This document shows, in pieces, positions 8,768 to 18,563 of a stretch of DNA of 64,000 nucleotides. A program made the translations under genes and the position numbers. The stretch comes from a bacterium (GTDB lineage: Bacteria; Patescibacteriota; Minisyncoccia; UBA6257; GWB1-50-10), in NCBI GenBank assembly GCA_021825465.1, contig JAKAGX010000001.1, positions 5,347 to 69,346 of the forward strand, in the 5' to 3' direction. Below the pieces are notes generated by a model, which made no database searches, was not told the DNA's origin, and saw only the letters and a list, made by a program, of their open reading frames with translations. Positions within the stretch are counted from its first letter, which is position 1; each line of letters opens with the position of its first letter.

Positions 8768-9514
8768 TTATGAGAAGAAGATGACAACGGCGGCGAGCGC
8801 GATCATGATCGTTCCCACGACGATCCGCGTCGCGCGGCCGTTTTCCCTTCTTGCTTTGTCGACCTTTTCCAAAACTTCTTTCTTGCTCGCAACGGCCAAA
8901 ACCACCGCGAGCGGCACAATAAAGATCAGGTTATAAAGGATCAAGTATCCAAGGCCCGCAAACTCCGTCGCCCGATCGTGCAAGAGCCCCAGAACGAAAA
9001 GATACGGGCCTCCGACACACGGGAACTCAAAAAGGCCGACCAGAATGCCAAGTACAAAGGATGCGACAAGCGATCCCCTTTCGATAAAACGGGCAAGCGT
9101 CCGATGCGTCGACTCCGGCATCTTGAGGCGGATGGGAAACTTCGGGAACATGCCGTCCGCGATCTCGATCGCACCGAACGCGACGAGGATAACGGCAACG
9201 ATCTTCGACAAGAAATCCGGAATGCCAAAGAGCGTCAAGGCGCCGAGGACGCCGAGTCCTATCAATACATACGTCGAGAATATTCCGAATATGTAAAGAC
9301 CGCCTGCCGCAAGAACATCAACGCGCTCGCGTCCTAAACCGAAGAGAAAAGTGATCGTAAGAAAGAGAACCGAGAAGGCGCACGGATTCAAACTGTCGAC
9401 GAACGCGGAACCCACGAGAAGCGGCACAAAACTGCCCGTCCAAAAGAAAGACCCCACGAGGAGCGCGCACGCAACGACTAAAAACACCAATAACCCTTTT
9501 TTCATTGAACCCAC
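8768..9514 (-). CDS. ccdA: Cytochrome c biogenesis/thiol-disulfide transporter CcdA (DsbD-like TM domain)
   Basis: It has about 6 TM and the conserved 'LNPCAFSVLF' cysteine motif of the CcdA/DsbD family. It is 2 nt downstream of 8256..8765 and near the thioredoxin-like gene. Confidence 0.75.
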   Translation of the reverse strand: MGSMKKGLLVFLVVACALLVGSFFWTGSFVPLLVGSAFVDSLNPCAFSVLFLTITFLFGLGRERVDVLAAGGLYIFGIFSTYVLIGLGVLGALTLFGIPDFLSKIVAVILVAFGAIEIADGMFPKFPIRLKMPESTHRTLARFIERGSLVASFVLGILVGLFEFPCVGGPYLFVLGLLHDRATEFAGLGYLILYNLIFIVPLAVVLAVASKKEVLEKVDKARRENGRATRIVVGTIMIALAAVVIFFS

Positions 9515-9550
9515 AAAAAATAAACCGACCTTGAACTACAAGAATCCGAT

Positions 9551-9904
9551 CTATTTTGTGGGGCTCGCTTCGTGAAGCGAAAACCAGAACGTTATTTTTT
9601 TGAAGACGAGATTGGAAAGTTCCTCGATCTCAGCAGTCGTGGAAACCGCCGCCGATCCGTCCCCAACCGGCAATCCGATAATAAGCGCCGTCCCGAACGC
9701 AAGAAGAAGGATGACAATGACCGCAAATGCGGAACCGGCAAGCGTCCCATTCCCCGAAGATGCGGACGACGCAAAAACGCCGTTCGTCAAAGGACAAGCG
9801 AAACCGCAGGAAGAGCTCCCCCCGAGCACCTTAAAATTCAAAAATCCAAAGACCGCCGATCCGAGGAACAGCACCGAAAGGATTATGGCGGCGGTTTTGA
9901 ACAT
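9551..9904 (-). CDS. Hypothetical small membrane protein
   Basis: It has two hydrophobic helices and a Ser/Gly-rich loop containing 'CGFAC'. The start at the internal Met (MFKTAAII) is chosen over the longer track ORF. Confidence 0.3.
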   Translation of the reverse strand: MFKTAAIILSVLFLGSAVFGFLNFKVLGGSSSCGFACPLTNGVFASSASSGNGTLAGSAFAVIVILLLAFGTALIIGLPVGDGSAAVSTTAEIEELSNLVFKKITFWFSLHEASPTK

Positions 9905-10083
9905 AGTTTCAAACAAAAATCCCGTTCTTGGAATTATTCCCGGTTCGTACCAGGTGGGTCTTCTAAGTTCGACCCTTAAGAAAATTTTGAAAATTCTCTG
10001 TCGAGCCGAATCAAGTTGAAGTCCCAATGTAATTGAATAATCCGGAATTCACATTGAACGGGACATTCATATTATACCACGAT

Positions 10084-11160
10084 CTAAAGATCGAGCACCT
10101 TGACTACTTGATGTAAGAATGACACAACGACGGGGGCCGGAAGCAAGCTCACAGAAGGCTTGCCGTTATCGTCCGGAACCACCCATGGCTCCTCGATAAC
10201 ATTCACTTCTTTCTTCGCGGGATCCCATTCATAGCGGTAGCCGGGCGTTACCTCATAATCATCGACATATTCCTTTGCAACGTCCGCCGGGATCGAATTC
10301 CGAAGGTAGATCTTCGGCACGCCTTCAAGCTTCACAAGCGTCCGCATAACGGCATCATCCACCTCGATACGGTCTCGGATCGCTTCGATGCCGAGTTCAT
10401 CCCCTTCTTTCGGGACCATGCGCTTCCCGCCGCACGCCGGGTTATCGCAAATGAGATAAAACTTCTTTTCAGCTTCGTCATATTCCACCTTCTTTGTTCT
10501 TAAGAGCCGCAGGTTCCTCGGCGTATGGCACACGGGACAAACGACGCGGTACTTCATCCGCTCGTCGATGATCGGCTCCGGCAGATCGATGAACGCCAAA
10601 AAGTCCGGATCGTCGCGGTATCCCATCAGTTCGCGGAAGTACAAGGAGTACGAAACTTGATCCAAGCTCCGGGGAAAACCATCCACGAAGATCGCTTTGT
10701 GCTCGCTCTTTGCGATCTCCCGCTCCACAAGAGCAAGGATGAATTCGGTCGGCAAAAGCGAGGAGGTCGATCGCCCCGACAAAGCGTTGAACGCTTCATC
10801 GAGCGACATCGTTCCCCGATACTTTTCTTTCAAATAATCCGCCAATTCCTCTTTTTTCGCCGGGTCTTCCATATCCTCGTGCGCGGCGCGCACGATATCG
10901 CCGACCGACACGTGGCGCAAATGCTCGGAACCGACGGCTTCCATAAAAAGCTTCGAGTAGGTCCCCTTTCCCGAGTTTTTCTTCCCGAGAAGAATGCCGA
11001 GGAATGAATTTCCCCCGTCCAAGTATGCCTTGATCCTTTCGATTTGCGGGCCTGCCTTCAGCGCAAAATATTTTTTCCGTTCGACCGGATCATCCAGCGC
11101 GAATGTTTGGCTTGCTCCTTCGACCTTCGTCTTGAACAATGGGAACTCGAAATCTTTCAT
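10084..11160 (-). CDS. Adenylate-kinase-family protein with N- and C-terminal extensions
   Basis: It has the P-loop 'GKKNSGKGTYSKLF', the 'VDGFPRSLDQ' motif (AK 'DGFPR') and a zinc LID 'CPVC ... CDNPAC'. Confidence 0.55.
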   Translation of the reverse strand: MKDFEFPLFKTKVEGASQTFALDDPVERKKYFALKAGPQIERIKAYLDGGNSFLGILLGKKNSGKGTYSKLFMEAVGSEHLRHVSVGDIVRAAHEDMEDPAKKEELADYLKEKYRGTMSLDEAFNALSGRSTSSLLPTEFILALVEREIAKSEHKAIFVDGFPRSLDQVSYSLYFRELMGYRDDPDFLAFIDLPEPIIDERMKYRVVCPVCHTPRNLRLLRTKKVEYDEAEKKFYLICDNPACGGKRMVPKEGDELGIEAIRDRIEVDDAVMRTLVKLEGVPKIYLRNSIPADVAKEYVDDYEVTPGYRYEWDPAKKEVNVIEEPWVVPDDNGKPSVSLLPAPVVVSFLHQVVKVLDL

Positions 11161-11172
11161 GGTTTTGTTTTT

Positions 11173-12588
11173 TTATTTCTTTTTATTTTTTTCTTCGACG
11201 CTTATGTGCAGCTCTTTCAATTGGTCTTTTGAAACTTCCGACGGCGCATCCATCATAAGGTCTTTGCCGTCGCCGGTCTTCGGGAACGCGATGACCTCGC
11301 GGATGTTCGGCTCTTCCTGGAGGATCGCGATCAATCGATCGAGGCCCGAAGCGATGCCGCCGTGGGGCGGAACGCCGTATGAGAATGCTTCGAGGAGGTG
11401 GCCGAACTTTTCCCGTACGTCCTCCGGTTTGTTCCCCATAGCCTCAAAGACGGCCGCGAGGAGCTCGGGATCCGTCGTCCGGATGCTGCCGCCCGCGATC
11501 TCGTAGCCGTTCAAAACGAGGTCGTACTGGAGCGCGGTGATCTTTTCGGGAGCCTCCTTGAAAAGCTTCATGAATTCATCCTTGTCCTTCACGTCGGGCT
11601 TCGTGAACGGATGGTGCACCGCATCCCACCGATGCTCCGTTTCTTTCCACTCGAACATCGGAAAATTCACGACGAACGCAAAAGCAAGCTCGTTCGGATC
11701 TTCTTTGTTGTCGCGGAGATCCGGCTTGTCGGAATTGTATTTCGCCATCACGTCGGCGTAGTTCAAGCGCGGGAAGGGAGATTTTTGTATCCTCTTTCCG
11801 GGATACAATTCTTTTACCATCTTTGTGTACAGACCTTCAATGAGCCCCAAAACTTCATCCTGCGACGTGAAGCTCATTTCGACGTCAAGCTGCGTGAATT
11901 CAGGCTGCCGGTCGCCCCGCGTGTCTTCGTCCCGGAAGCATCGTGCGATTTGAAAATACTTTTCAAGGCCCGCGACCATTAAAAGCTGCTTGTACTGCTG
12001 GGGCGACTGCGGGAGCGCATAAAACTTACCCGGATAGAGGCGGCTCGGGATCAAGTAGTCCCGCGCTCCTTCCGGCGTCGACTTGCCGATATCAGGCGTT
12101 TCGACTTCAACGAAATCGCGTTCGGAAAGGTAATCGCGGATGAATTTATTGATCTTTGCGCGCATCACGAGATTTTGGCGCATGCGCGGACGGCGCAGAT
12201 CAAGGTAGCGGTATTTCATCCTCGTTTCCTCCCCGATCTCCCGTCCGTCCGACGTGAGGTCAAAGGGCGGCGTCTTCGCCTCTGAAACGATCTCGAGCCC
12301 CGTCGCTTGGAGCTCGTGGTAGCCGCTTTCGATCTTCGGGTTTTCCATGCCCGCCGGGCGCTTTCCGACAGTCCCCCTTACCGTCACGACCCATTCGGGC
12401 CTTAACTTTTCCGCGAGAGCATGAAGCTCTTTATTGCCCGGCGTAAAGACGACTTGGGCCACCCCCGTCCGGTCTCGGAGGTCGATGAAGATGAGTTTTC
12501 CGTGGTCACGCCGCACATCAACCCACCCCGTGAGCGCGGCCTCCTTTCCCTCATGATCCTTGATATCTCTCGATAAAACCCTATCCAT
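11173..12588 (-). CDS. aspS: Aspartate--tRNA ligase, short form lacking GAD domain
   Basis: Class IIb motifs are present: 'RYLDLR', 'FQIARCFRDEDTRGDRQPEFTQLDVE', 'GYEIAGGSIR' and 'PPHGGIASGLDRL'. It is 471 aa, against about 590 aa for typical bacterial AspRS. Confidence 0.85.
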   Translation of the reverse strand: MDRVLSRDIKDHEGKEAALTGWVDVRRDHGKLIFIDLRDRTGVAQVVFTPGNKELHALAEKLRPEWVVTVRGTVGKRPAGMENPKIESGYHELQATGLEIVSEAKTPPFDLTSDGREIGEETRMKYRYLDLRRPRMRQNLVMRAKINKFIRDYLSERDFVEVETPDIGKSTPEGARDYLIPSRLYPGKFYALPQSPQQYKQLLMVAGLEKYFQIARCFRDEDTRGDRQPEFTQLDVEMSFTSQDEVLGLIEGLYTKMVKELYPGKRIQKSPFPRLNYADVMAKYNSDKPDLRDNKEDPNELAFAFVVNFPMFEWKETEHRWDAVHHPFTKPDVKDKDEFMKLFKEAPEKITALQYDLVLNGYEIAGGSIRTTDPELLAAVFEAMGNKPEDVREKFGHLLEAFSYGVPPHGGIASGLDRLIAILQEEPNIREVIAFPKTGDGKDLMMDAPSEVSKDQLKELHISVEEKNKKK

Positions 12589-12611
12589 TGAGAGAAATTG
12601 TACCCGAAAAT

Positions 12612-13556
12612 CTACTGCACCGCAAACACGCCGATGTTTCCGGCGGCGGTTTTTTCCACTTTAACGATCCCCTTTTCGTCGGTCCGAAAAACCCGTACAC
12701 CGACCGCACCGAGTGCGGATACCGTCTCCGCCGACGGATGTCCGTAGGAATTTTTTCCGACTTCGATCACTGCAATGCTCGGAGAAACTATGCTGAAGAA
12801 TCTTTTCGACAACGACCCCCTCGAACCGTGATGAGCGACCTTCAAAACATCTACGCGACCGATGCGTCCGGCAAGCATTTCTTCGATCTTCAAACTCGCA
12901 TCGCTCATAAAGGCCGATTTTATATCTTCCGCATCGACCTCAATAACGATCGCCGAATCGTTCAGATCGCCTCCGGCAAGAAGCGCCTTATTGGGCGAAA
13001 GAACGCGAATTTCCGTTTTACCGACCATCATCCGGTCGCCTTCCGCAACGACGAGCGAAGCGACATTCTCTTCGTTTAAAATTTTTTTGAAAGCCTCGAA
13101 CGTTTCCGTCCCGCCGCTGACGCCGTTCCATAGAAATAAACCGACGCGATAGTTCTTTACGACATCCATAAGCCCGCCGAAATGATCGAATTCGGCATGC
13201 GTCATGATGACGACATCGAGAGAGCGATCAAGAGGGGGAAGGATCGCATCCAGCGATTCCAAAACCGCGGAGTTCGCCGGACCGCCGTCGATCAAAATCT
13301 TCGCTCCGCTCGCCGTCACAATAAGCTCGCTGTCCCCTTCGCCGACCGGCAGGAAATATTCGGCAAACGAACCTTCCCCGCCGACCGCACCGAAAGAAAA
13401 GATGCCGATCGCGCCGATAACCAAAAGAAGGGGCAGGAGCTTTTTAAAATGCCCGTCGACGAAGCCGGCGACGACCTTCAGTTCCTTTGCGCAATCCTTT
13501 TCTTTTTCCATACGATGAATGCAATGAGGCAGCCGTAATACGCCGCCGTAAGCCAT
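12612..13556 (-). CDS. ComEC/Rec2-type metallo-beta-lactamase domain protein (separate ORF)
   Basis: MBL motifs are 'LIVTASGAKILIDGG' and 'VVIMTHAEFDHFGG'. It has an N-terminal TM anchor. It overlaps the 3' end of the ComEC membrane-domain ORF by 79 nt in another frame. Confidence 0.7.
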   Translation of the reverse strand: MAYGGVLRLPHCIHRMEKEKDCAKELKVVAGFVDGHFKKLLPLLLVIGAIGIFSFGAVGGEGSFAEYFLPVGEGDSELIVTASGAKILIDGGPANSAVLESLDAILPPLDRSLDVVIMTHAEFDHFGGLMDVVKNYRVGLFLWNGVSGGTETFEAFKKILNEENVASLVVAEGDRMMVGKTEIRVLSPNKALLAGGDLNDSAIVIEVDAEDIKSAFMSDASLKIEEMLAGRIGRVDVLKVAHHGSRGSLSKRFFSIVSPSIAVIEVGKNSYGHPSAETVSALGAVGVRVFRTDEKGIVKVEKTAAGNIGVFAVQ

Positions 13557-14893
13557 AGACTGAACGGCAGTCGGACCATGGCATGCAACCCGCCAAAAAA
13601 TTCGATGGTTGCCGTCTCGAATTTAAGAAGCGGGAATGCAAGAAACGACACGCCGAGAGCGATCGTCTGCGACACGAATCCGAGGAGCGCTTCCGCAAAT
13701 CCGAATGCCATGGTCGCCGGTATCAAGCTTAAAACGAGGACGTTCGAAACGAGGGACAGCGGCGAAATCGACCCGAAATGCGCCGCAATGATCGGAAGAA
13801 CCGCCGCTTGGTCAGCAAACGTCGACGATACATTACCCTTCCAATCCATGAAACTCTTACCGGGTGACGGCCTCACATACATGATGCCGAGGAAGGCCGC
13901 GAACGACAGTTCAAAGCCGACGTCGAAAACGAGGAGTTTCGGGTTCGCGATCAACATAAAAAATGCGGCAAGCATAATGACGTTCCGCGAATCGAAGAAG
14001 CGGCCGCTCTCGGTCGCGAAGAGGACGAGGAACCCCATGATGGCCGCACGAACGACCGATGCTTCCGCTCCGGTCATAACGACAAAAAGAAAAATGGCGA
14101 ACGAGGTGGCGCCAAATGCCCATGGCCGCGGCAAAAAGAGCAAAAAGACGGCCATTGCGCCGATCACGACGAGCGATACGTTGTAACCCGAGAGCGCCAC
14201 AAGGTGCGTTGTGCCGCTCGATTGCATGGCGGCAGTGAAATCTTCCGAAAAACCGCCGCGGTAGCCGAGGAGGAGGCCGGACATGAACGCGCTTTCTTTT
14301 TCCGGCAGCGTTCTTTTGAACGTATCGATCACCCGATCTCTCACCCCGAACAAGAAACGGCGCAATCCGCCGCCGACAGACATCGAAACGATCTCCGGAA
14401 AATCCGATGTCCCGACAATCCCTTCTTTTGCGAGGTAATCGGCGTACCCGCCCGACGGCGGACGCTCCACCGTCCCTTTCAGCGTCAAAACGTCGCCGAC
14501 GGAGACCGATACATATCTCCGGAGCGTTATGAGTATTTTTCCGCCGCAGTCGAGACCGATCACGGCTTTCGTTGATGAATAATCCGATGTTTCCACGTCG
14601 ACGACCTTTCCTCCAAAGGTGCCGCCCGCGCCGCATGCAACGGCCGCCGTCGCTCTCAAATTCATGTCGAATGCTTCCGCATAAAACGCCCCGCCGAAGA
14701 CAACGGGAGAAAGAAAAAGAAAAACCAGATATTTCTTTTCTTGTTTCCAAAAGAAAAGTGCAGCGGATGTGATGGCTGAAAAAATGATGACGGCCAAAAT
14801 GATCCAGCCGGCATGGATACTTGCAAGGAAAATGCCGAAAATAAAAAACGCGATCCCGAAGAAAAGGACGTTGTACGCCGGCATTTCCCTCAT
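13478..14893 (-). CDS. comEC: ComEC/Rec2 DNA internalisation competence protein, membrane (competence) domain
   Basis: It is polytopic with 'LVALSGYNVSLV ... FLFVVMTGAEASVVRAAIMG', characteristic of the ComEC competence domain. Confidence 0.75.
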   Translation of the reverse strand: MREMPAYNVLFFGIAFFIFGIFLASIHAGWIILAVIIFSAITSAALFFWKQEKKYLVFLFLSPVVFGGAFYAEAFDMNLRATAAVACGAGGTFGGKVVDVETSDYSSTKAVIGLDCGGKILITLRRYVSVSVGDVLTLKGTVERPPSGGYADYLAKEGIVGTSDFPEIVSMSVGGGLRRFLFGVRDRVIDTFKRTLPEKESAFMSGLLLGYRGGFSEDFTAAMQSSGTTHLVALSGYNVSLVVIGAMAVFLLFLPRPWAFGATSFAIFLFVVMTGAEASVVRAAIMGFLVLFATESGRFFDSRNVIMLAAFFMLIANPKLLVFDVGFELSFAAFLGIMYVRPSPGKSFMDWKGNVSSTFADQAAVLPIIAAHFGSISPLSLVSNVLVLSLIPATMAFGFAEALLGFVSQTIALGVSFLAFPLLKFETATIEFFGGLHAMVRLPFSLWLTAAYYGCLIAFIVWKKKRIAQRN

Positions 14894-15036
14894 TATAGAG
14901 TTAAAAAGCTCTTTTCCTTTCCATACTTATCCCCCAAAACCTTGGCCCCCCGGTCTCCCTCAAAAATTCGAGGAGAGCGGGGGGCCTGCAATTTTTGAAG
15001 GAGAGCGGGGGGCGGAAGTCGGTGGGGGCGGAAAAC

Positions 15037-16236
15037 TCAGGCGATCACGCCGCCGCCGAGGAGTTCACCCTTTTTCGAATAGAAGACGGCAGACTGGCCC
15101 GGCGCGACAAATTTAACCGGATCGTCGAAGACGATCTTAAAATCCTTTCCCTCTTTCTCGAGGCGAGCCTTCGCGAGCGGCTGCCGGTAGCGCACTCTCG
15201 CATAAACTATCGATTCTCCGTTATCCATTATCCGCTCCACCGTATTCACCTGGCGGAGATTCATCTCTTTTTTGAAAAGTGCCGGATTGTCGTCCCCTTC
15301 CGCGACGATGAGCGTGTTCGTTTTCAAATCCTTTCCCGCAACGTAGTACGGTTTATGATCGGGATTTTTTACCTTCAAATCGACGCCAAGATGCCGCTGG
15401 CCGATGGTATAGAAATAAATCCCTTCGTGCTGACCCACGACATCACCTTCGGTCGTGAGGATTTCGCCCGGCTTTTCCGGCAAATACTGTTTTAAAAAAT
15501 CCTCAAGGTCCACCTGGCCCAAGAAACAAATTCCCTGCGAGTCCTTTTTCTCCGCCGTCGGGAGCCCCGCCTTCCGCGCAATTTCACGCACCTCGAGTTT
15601 TGTATGCCCGCCGATCGGAAACAAACAATATTTGAGCTGCTCCGGCGTCAATGTCCACAAAAAATACGACTGATCCTTATTTTTATCCTTCGCTTCCATC
15701 AGAGAATAATTTACGAGCTTCCCCCCACGTTCCGAGCGGAACGTCTCGGAGGCGCGGGCGGCTTGGTCTCCGGAGGAGCGAACGCGCCGAGAGTCGAGGC
15801 TGCTTTTTTCCGCTGGAGAAAAAAGACGGCCGGTTCCGCGAGAAATGCGGCGGGAAGCGAGTCGTACGTAGTGTCCGGTCGCGATGTAATCCGCCCCCGC
15901 TGCGAGCGCTTTCTCGAGGAACAAGCCGAATTTGATATCCTTGTTGCACATGACGTCGGGATTCGGCGTAATGCCGTCGCGATAGGCGGAAACCATGTAA
16001 TCCACGACGTTTTCTTTGTATTCCCGCTCCATGTCGAACACATAGAACGGGATACCGAGGTGTTCGGCAGCCCGCCGGGCGTCCAGGGCATCGCGTTCCG
16101 CGCAACCATCCACGTTGTACCCGCGGATATAGACGCCTGTCACTTCGCAGCCTTGCCTTTTCAGCAAATACGCGGCAACCGACGAATCCACTCCACCGGA
16201 CATTCCAACAAATACTTTATTCTTTGACTTGGCCAT
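15037..16236 (-). CDS. mnmA: tRNA 2-thiouridine(34) synthase MnmA with ~50 aa Ser/Arg-rich insertion
   Basis: It has the PP-loop 'VGMSGGVDSSVAAYLL', 'ATGHYVR' and 'KDQSYFLW'. There is an insertion between 'ATGHYVRL' and 'KDQSYFLW' relative to canonical MnmA. Confidence 0.85.
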   Translation of the reverse strand: MAKSKNKVFVGMSGGVDSSVAAYLLKRQGCEVTGVYIRGYNVDGCAERDALDARRAAEHLGIPFYVFDMEREYKENVVDYMVSAYRDGITPNPDVMCNKDIKFGLFLEKALAAGADYIATGHYVRLASRRISRGTGRLFSPAEKSSLDSRRVRSSGDQAARASETFRSERGGKLVNYSLMEAKDKNKDQSYFLWTLTPEQLKYCLFPIGGHTKLEVREIARKAGLPTAEKKDSQGICFLGQVDLEDFLKQYLPEKPGEILTTEGDVVGQHEGIYFYTIGQRHLGVDLKVKNPDHKPYYVAGKDLKTNTLIVAEGDDNPALFKKEMNLRQVNTVERIMDNGESIVYARVRYRQPLAKARLEKEGKDFKIVFDDPVKFVAPGQSAVFYSKKGELLGGGVIA

Positions 16237-16263
16237 GAAATTGGTCTAAAATGGGTTTTTGTT

Positions 16264-16830
16264 ATGGCACGGTTATCCTACAACGAACTCAAAGTCGGCA
16301 CAATCTTCGTGAAAGACGGATCCCCTTACAAGGTCCTCGATTCGGCATTCGTCCGCATGCAACAGCGGAAACCCGTCATGCAACTCAAGATCGAAAACCT
16401 CGTGAGCGGCAAGGTGCAGGAATATGCAGCTCACCAAAACGAGGAATTCGAAGAAGCGGAGATCGAAGTGATGCCGGTCGTCTTTATCTATCAAAACCGT
16501 GGCGAATATTGGTTCAATGAAAAGGGCAATCCGAAAAACCGATTTCAACTGAAGGACGACATTTTGGGACAAGCGGCCCAATTCTTGAAGGCAAATACGG
16601 AACTCACCGCTTATAAATTCGACGGAAAGATCATCAACATCGAACTGCCGATCAAAATGGATCTCAAGGTGACCGAAGCGCCGCCCGCCATCAAGGGCAA
16701 TACCGCGCAAGGCGGCACCAAAACGGTAACCCTCGAAACCGGCGCAAAAGTGAACGTTCCCCTTTTCGTGGAGGAAGACGACACCGTGAAGGTCAACACG
16801 CAAACCGGCGAATATATCGAACGGCTTTAA
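16264..16830 (+). CDS. efp: Elongation factor P
   Basis: The 188 aa ORF has the three-domain EF-P pattern, including 'KVGTIFVKDGSPYKVL' and 'KTVTLETGAKVNVPLFVEEDDTVKVNT'. Confidence 0.9.
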   Translation: MARLSYNELKVGTIFVKDGSPYKVLDSAFVRMQQRKPVMQLKIENLVSGKVQEYAAHQNEEFEEAEIEVMPVVFIYQNRGEYWFNEKGNPKNRFQLKDDILGQAAQFLKANTELTAYKFDGKIINIELPIKMDLKVTEAPPAIKGNTAQGGTKTVTLETGAKVNVPLFVEEDDTVKVNTQTGEYIERL

Positions 16831-18551
16831 GAACCGAGGTTCTTTAAAGACTCCTTGAGCGACTCGCGGAGCGATTCGATGTCGTGATTCCCCTCTTTGG
16901 GCCCTTTTGCCGATTTCGTCTCTTCTTTCAAATCCGCAAGTGAAATGGTTCCGGTATCCGGAGGCGTTTCCGCCGCTTCATCCCCGCCCACAATGGTCTG
17001 TTTTCTGGTGTTCACGGGTTTCTGCACCGGCTGCCGCCTGAAATTCTTCAAAAAAGGACGTCTTCGCTCGTAATGGCCGTTATGACCCGGATGGTTCTGC
17101 GTGCTCGGCACATTCGCCGCGGGCGATCCTCCTTTTTGATCTTCTTGGAATTCTATCCCAAGCTTCGCAAGATCCGAGAATCTTGAGGCAGTTTCTTTTT
17201 CTTCATGCCGGTGCTCGAACTTCCGTTCCGCCGCCTCATCTTCCTTCGGACCCATGATGCCGCTCCATCGATTGATCTCCTCCTCCACGGCCCACCGCGG
17301 ACGGGCATAGATCCTTCGCGAAGTCTCGATGATCTTTTCGGCGATCGCCGGAGACGATTCCAAATTGAACGGCGGCAAGGTCGTCGCCGAGAACGGGCGC
17401 GACGTGACGCCGTCCACCAAAAGCTTCAAATAAACGTGATAGTTGGGCAAATTCACGAGATCTTGCGCCATAAACTCGGGCTCGAACTCTTTTTCCAAAA
17501 ATTCCGCGTCGGCAGCTCCGACCCGGAACGATATCATGGTGCCGACGTTGCCGAACACAGCATCGCGGACCTTCGTTGAAACGTCCGTCACGAGCTGTCC
17601 CACATACTGATGAGCGAGAACGAGGTCCAACCGGTACTTCCGCGCTTCGGAGAGGATGTTCGCGAACGAATCGGTGGCAAAATTTTGGAATTCGTCGACG
17701 TAAAGGTAAAAGTCGACGCGTTCATCTTCCGGAATCCTCACCCGTTCCATCGCGGCAAGCTGCATCTTCGTGATGAGCATGGACCCTAAAAGCGCCGAAT
17801 TGTCTTCGCCGATCCTCCCTTTCGATACGTTCACGAGGAAGATCTTCCCCGTATTCATGATCTCGAAGATGTCGATCGTACTTTTTGATTGACCGACGAT
17901 ATTCCGGACGAGCGCAGTCGAAAGGAACTGGCCGACTTTGTTCTGGATCGGCGCGATGGCTTCGTTCCGGAACTGGTCGCGCCATTCCTCGAACTCGTTC
18001 ACCCAAAAGGCTTTCACGACCGGATCCTTGATATTGTCCACGATCTTTTGCCGGTATTCTTTGTCGACCAAAATGCGCGTGATGCCGAGCAAGGTTGTCC
18101 CGGGCGTATCGAGGAGCGCGAGGATGGCATTATTCAAAATGTATTCCATTCTCGCCGACCAAACGTTCGACCAAATCTTCGTGAAAATTCCCATGAGGCC
18201 CGACGCGACCAAGTGTTTGTACTTCGGATCGGGCAGCTCCAAAACATTGAAGCCGATGTGAAAATCGGTATCGGCCGGATTGAAGTAAATGACGTCCTGC
18301 AGCCGTTCCTCGGGGATCTTTTCAAGGAGACCTTCGACAAGTTCGCCGTGAGGGTCGACGACGCACAATCCTTCGCCGTTCGCAATATCCTGCACGATCA
18401 AGTTATTGAGCATCGCCGTTTTGCCGGTACCCGTCTTTCCGATCACATACATGTGCTGACGCCGGTCGCGGCGCTTGATGCCGAAAAGCTTGTTCGAGTT
18501 CCGGAAATCAACTCTCCCGAAGTATGCTACGTCTTTGTCGTTCTCGGCCAT
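16827..18551 (-). CDS. Type IV secretion/conjugation coupling-protein-like ATPase (TraD/VirD4/TrwB-like, DNA-binding-domain containing), copy 1
   Basis: It has the Walker A motif 'YVIGKTGTGKT', the Walker B-like motif 'FYLYVDEFQNF' and 'LVLAHQYVGQL'. It is a paralog of 52033..53487. Confidence 0.6.
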   Translation of the reverse strand: MAENDKDVAYFGRVDFRNSNKLFGIKRRDRRQHMYVIGKTGTGKTAMLNNLIVQDIANGEGLCVVDPHGELVEGLLEKIPEERLQDVIYFNPADTDFHIGFNVLELPDPKYKHLVASGLMGIFTKIWSNVWSARMEYILNNAILALLDTPGTTLLGITRILVDKEYRQKIVDNIKDPVVKAFWVNEFEEWRDQFRNEAIAPIQNKVGQFLSTALVRNIVGQSKSTIDIFEIMNTGKIFLVNVSKGRIGEDNSALLGSMLITKMQLAAMERVRIPEDERVDFYLYVDEFQNFATDSFANILSEARKYRLDLVLAHQYVGQLVTDVSTKVRDAVFGNVGTMISFRVGAADAEFLEKEFEPEFMAQDLVNLPNYHVYLKLLVDGVTSRPFSATTLPPFNLESSPAIAEKIIETSRRIYARPRWAVEEEINRWSGIMGPKEDEAAERKFEHRHEEKETASRFSDLAKLGIEFQEDQKGGSPAANVPSTQNHPGHNGHYERRRPFLKNFRRQPVQKPVNTRKQTIVGGDEAAETPPDTGTISLADLKEETKSAKGPKEGNHDIESLRESLKESLKNLGS

Positions 18552-18563
18552 GGTAGTTACATT

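Noticed and set aside
10028-10083. An imperfect inverted repeat, caatgt..gaat / attcacattg, between ORF 9551..10027 and the adenylate-kinase-like gene.
   Set aside because: The stem is interrupted by a 4 nt bulge and there is no U-tract. It is too weak to call a terminator or operator.
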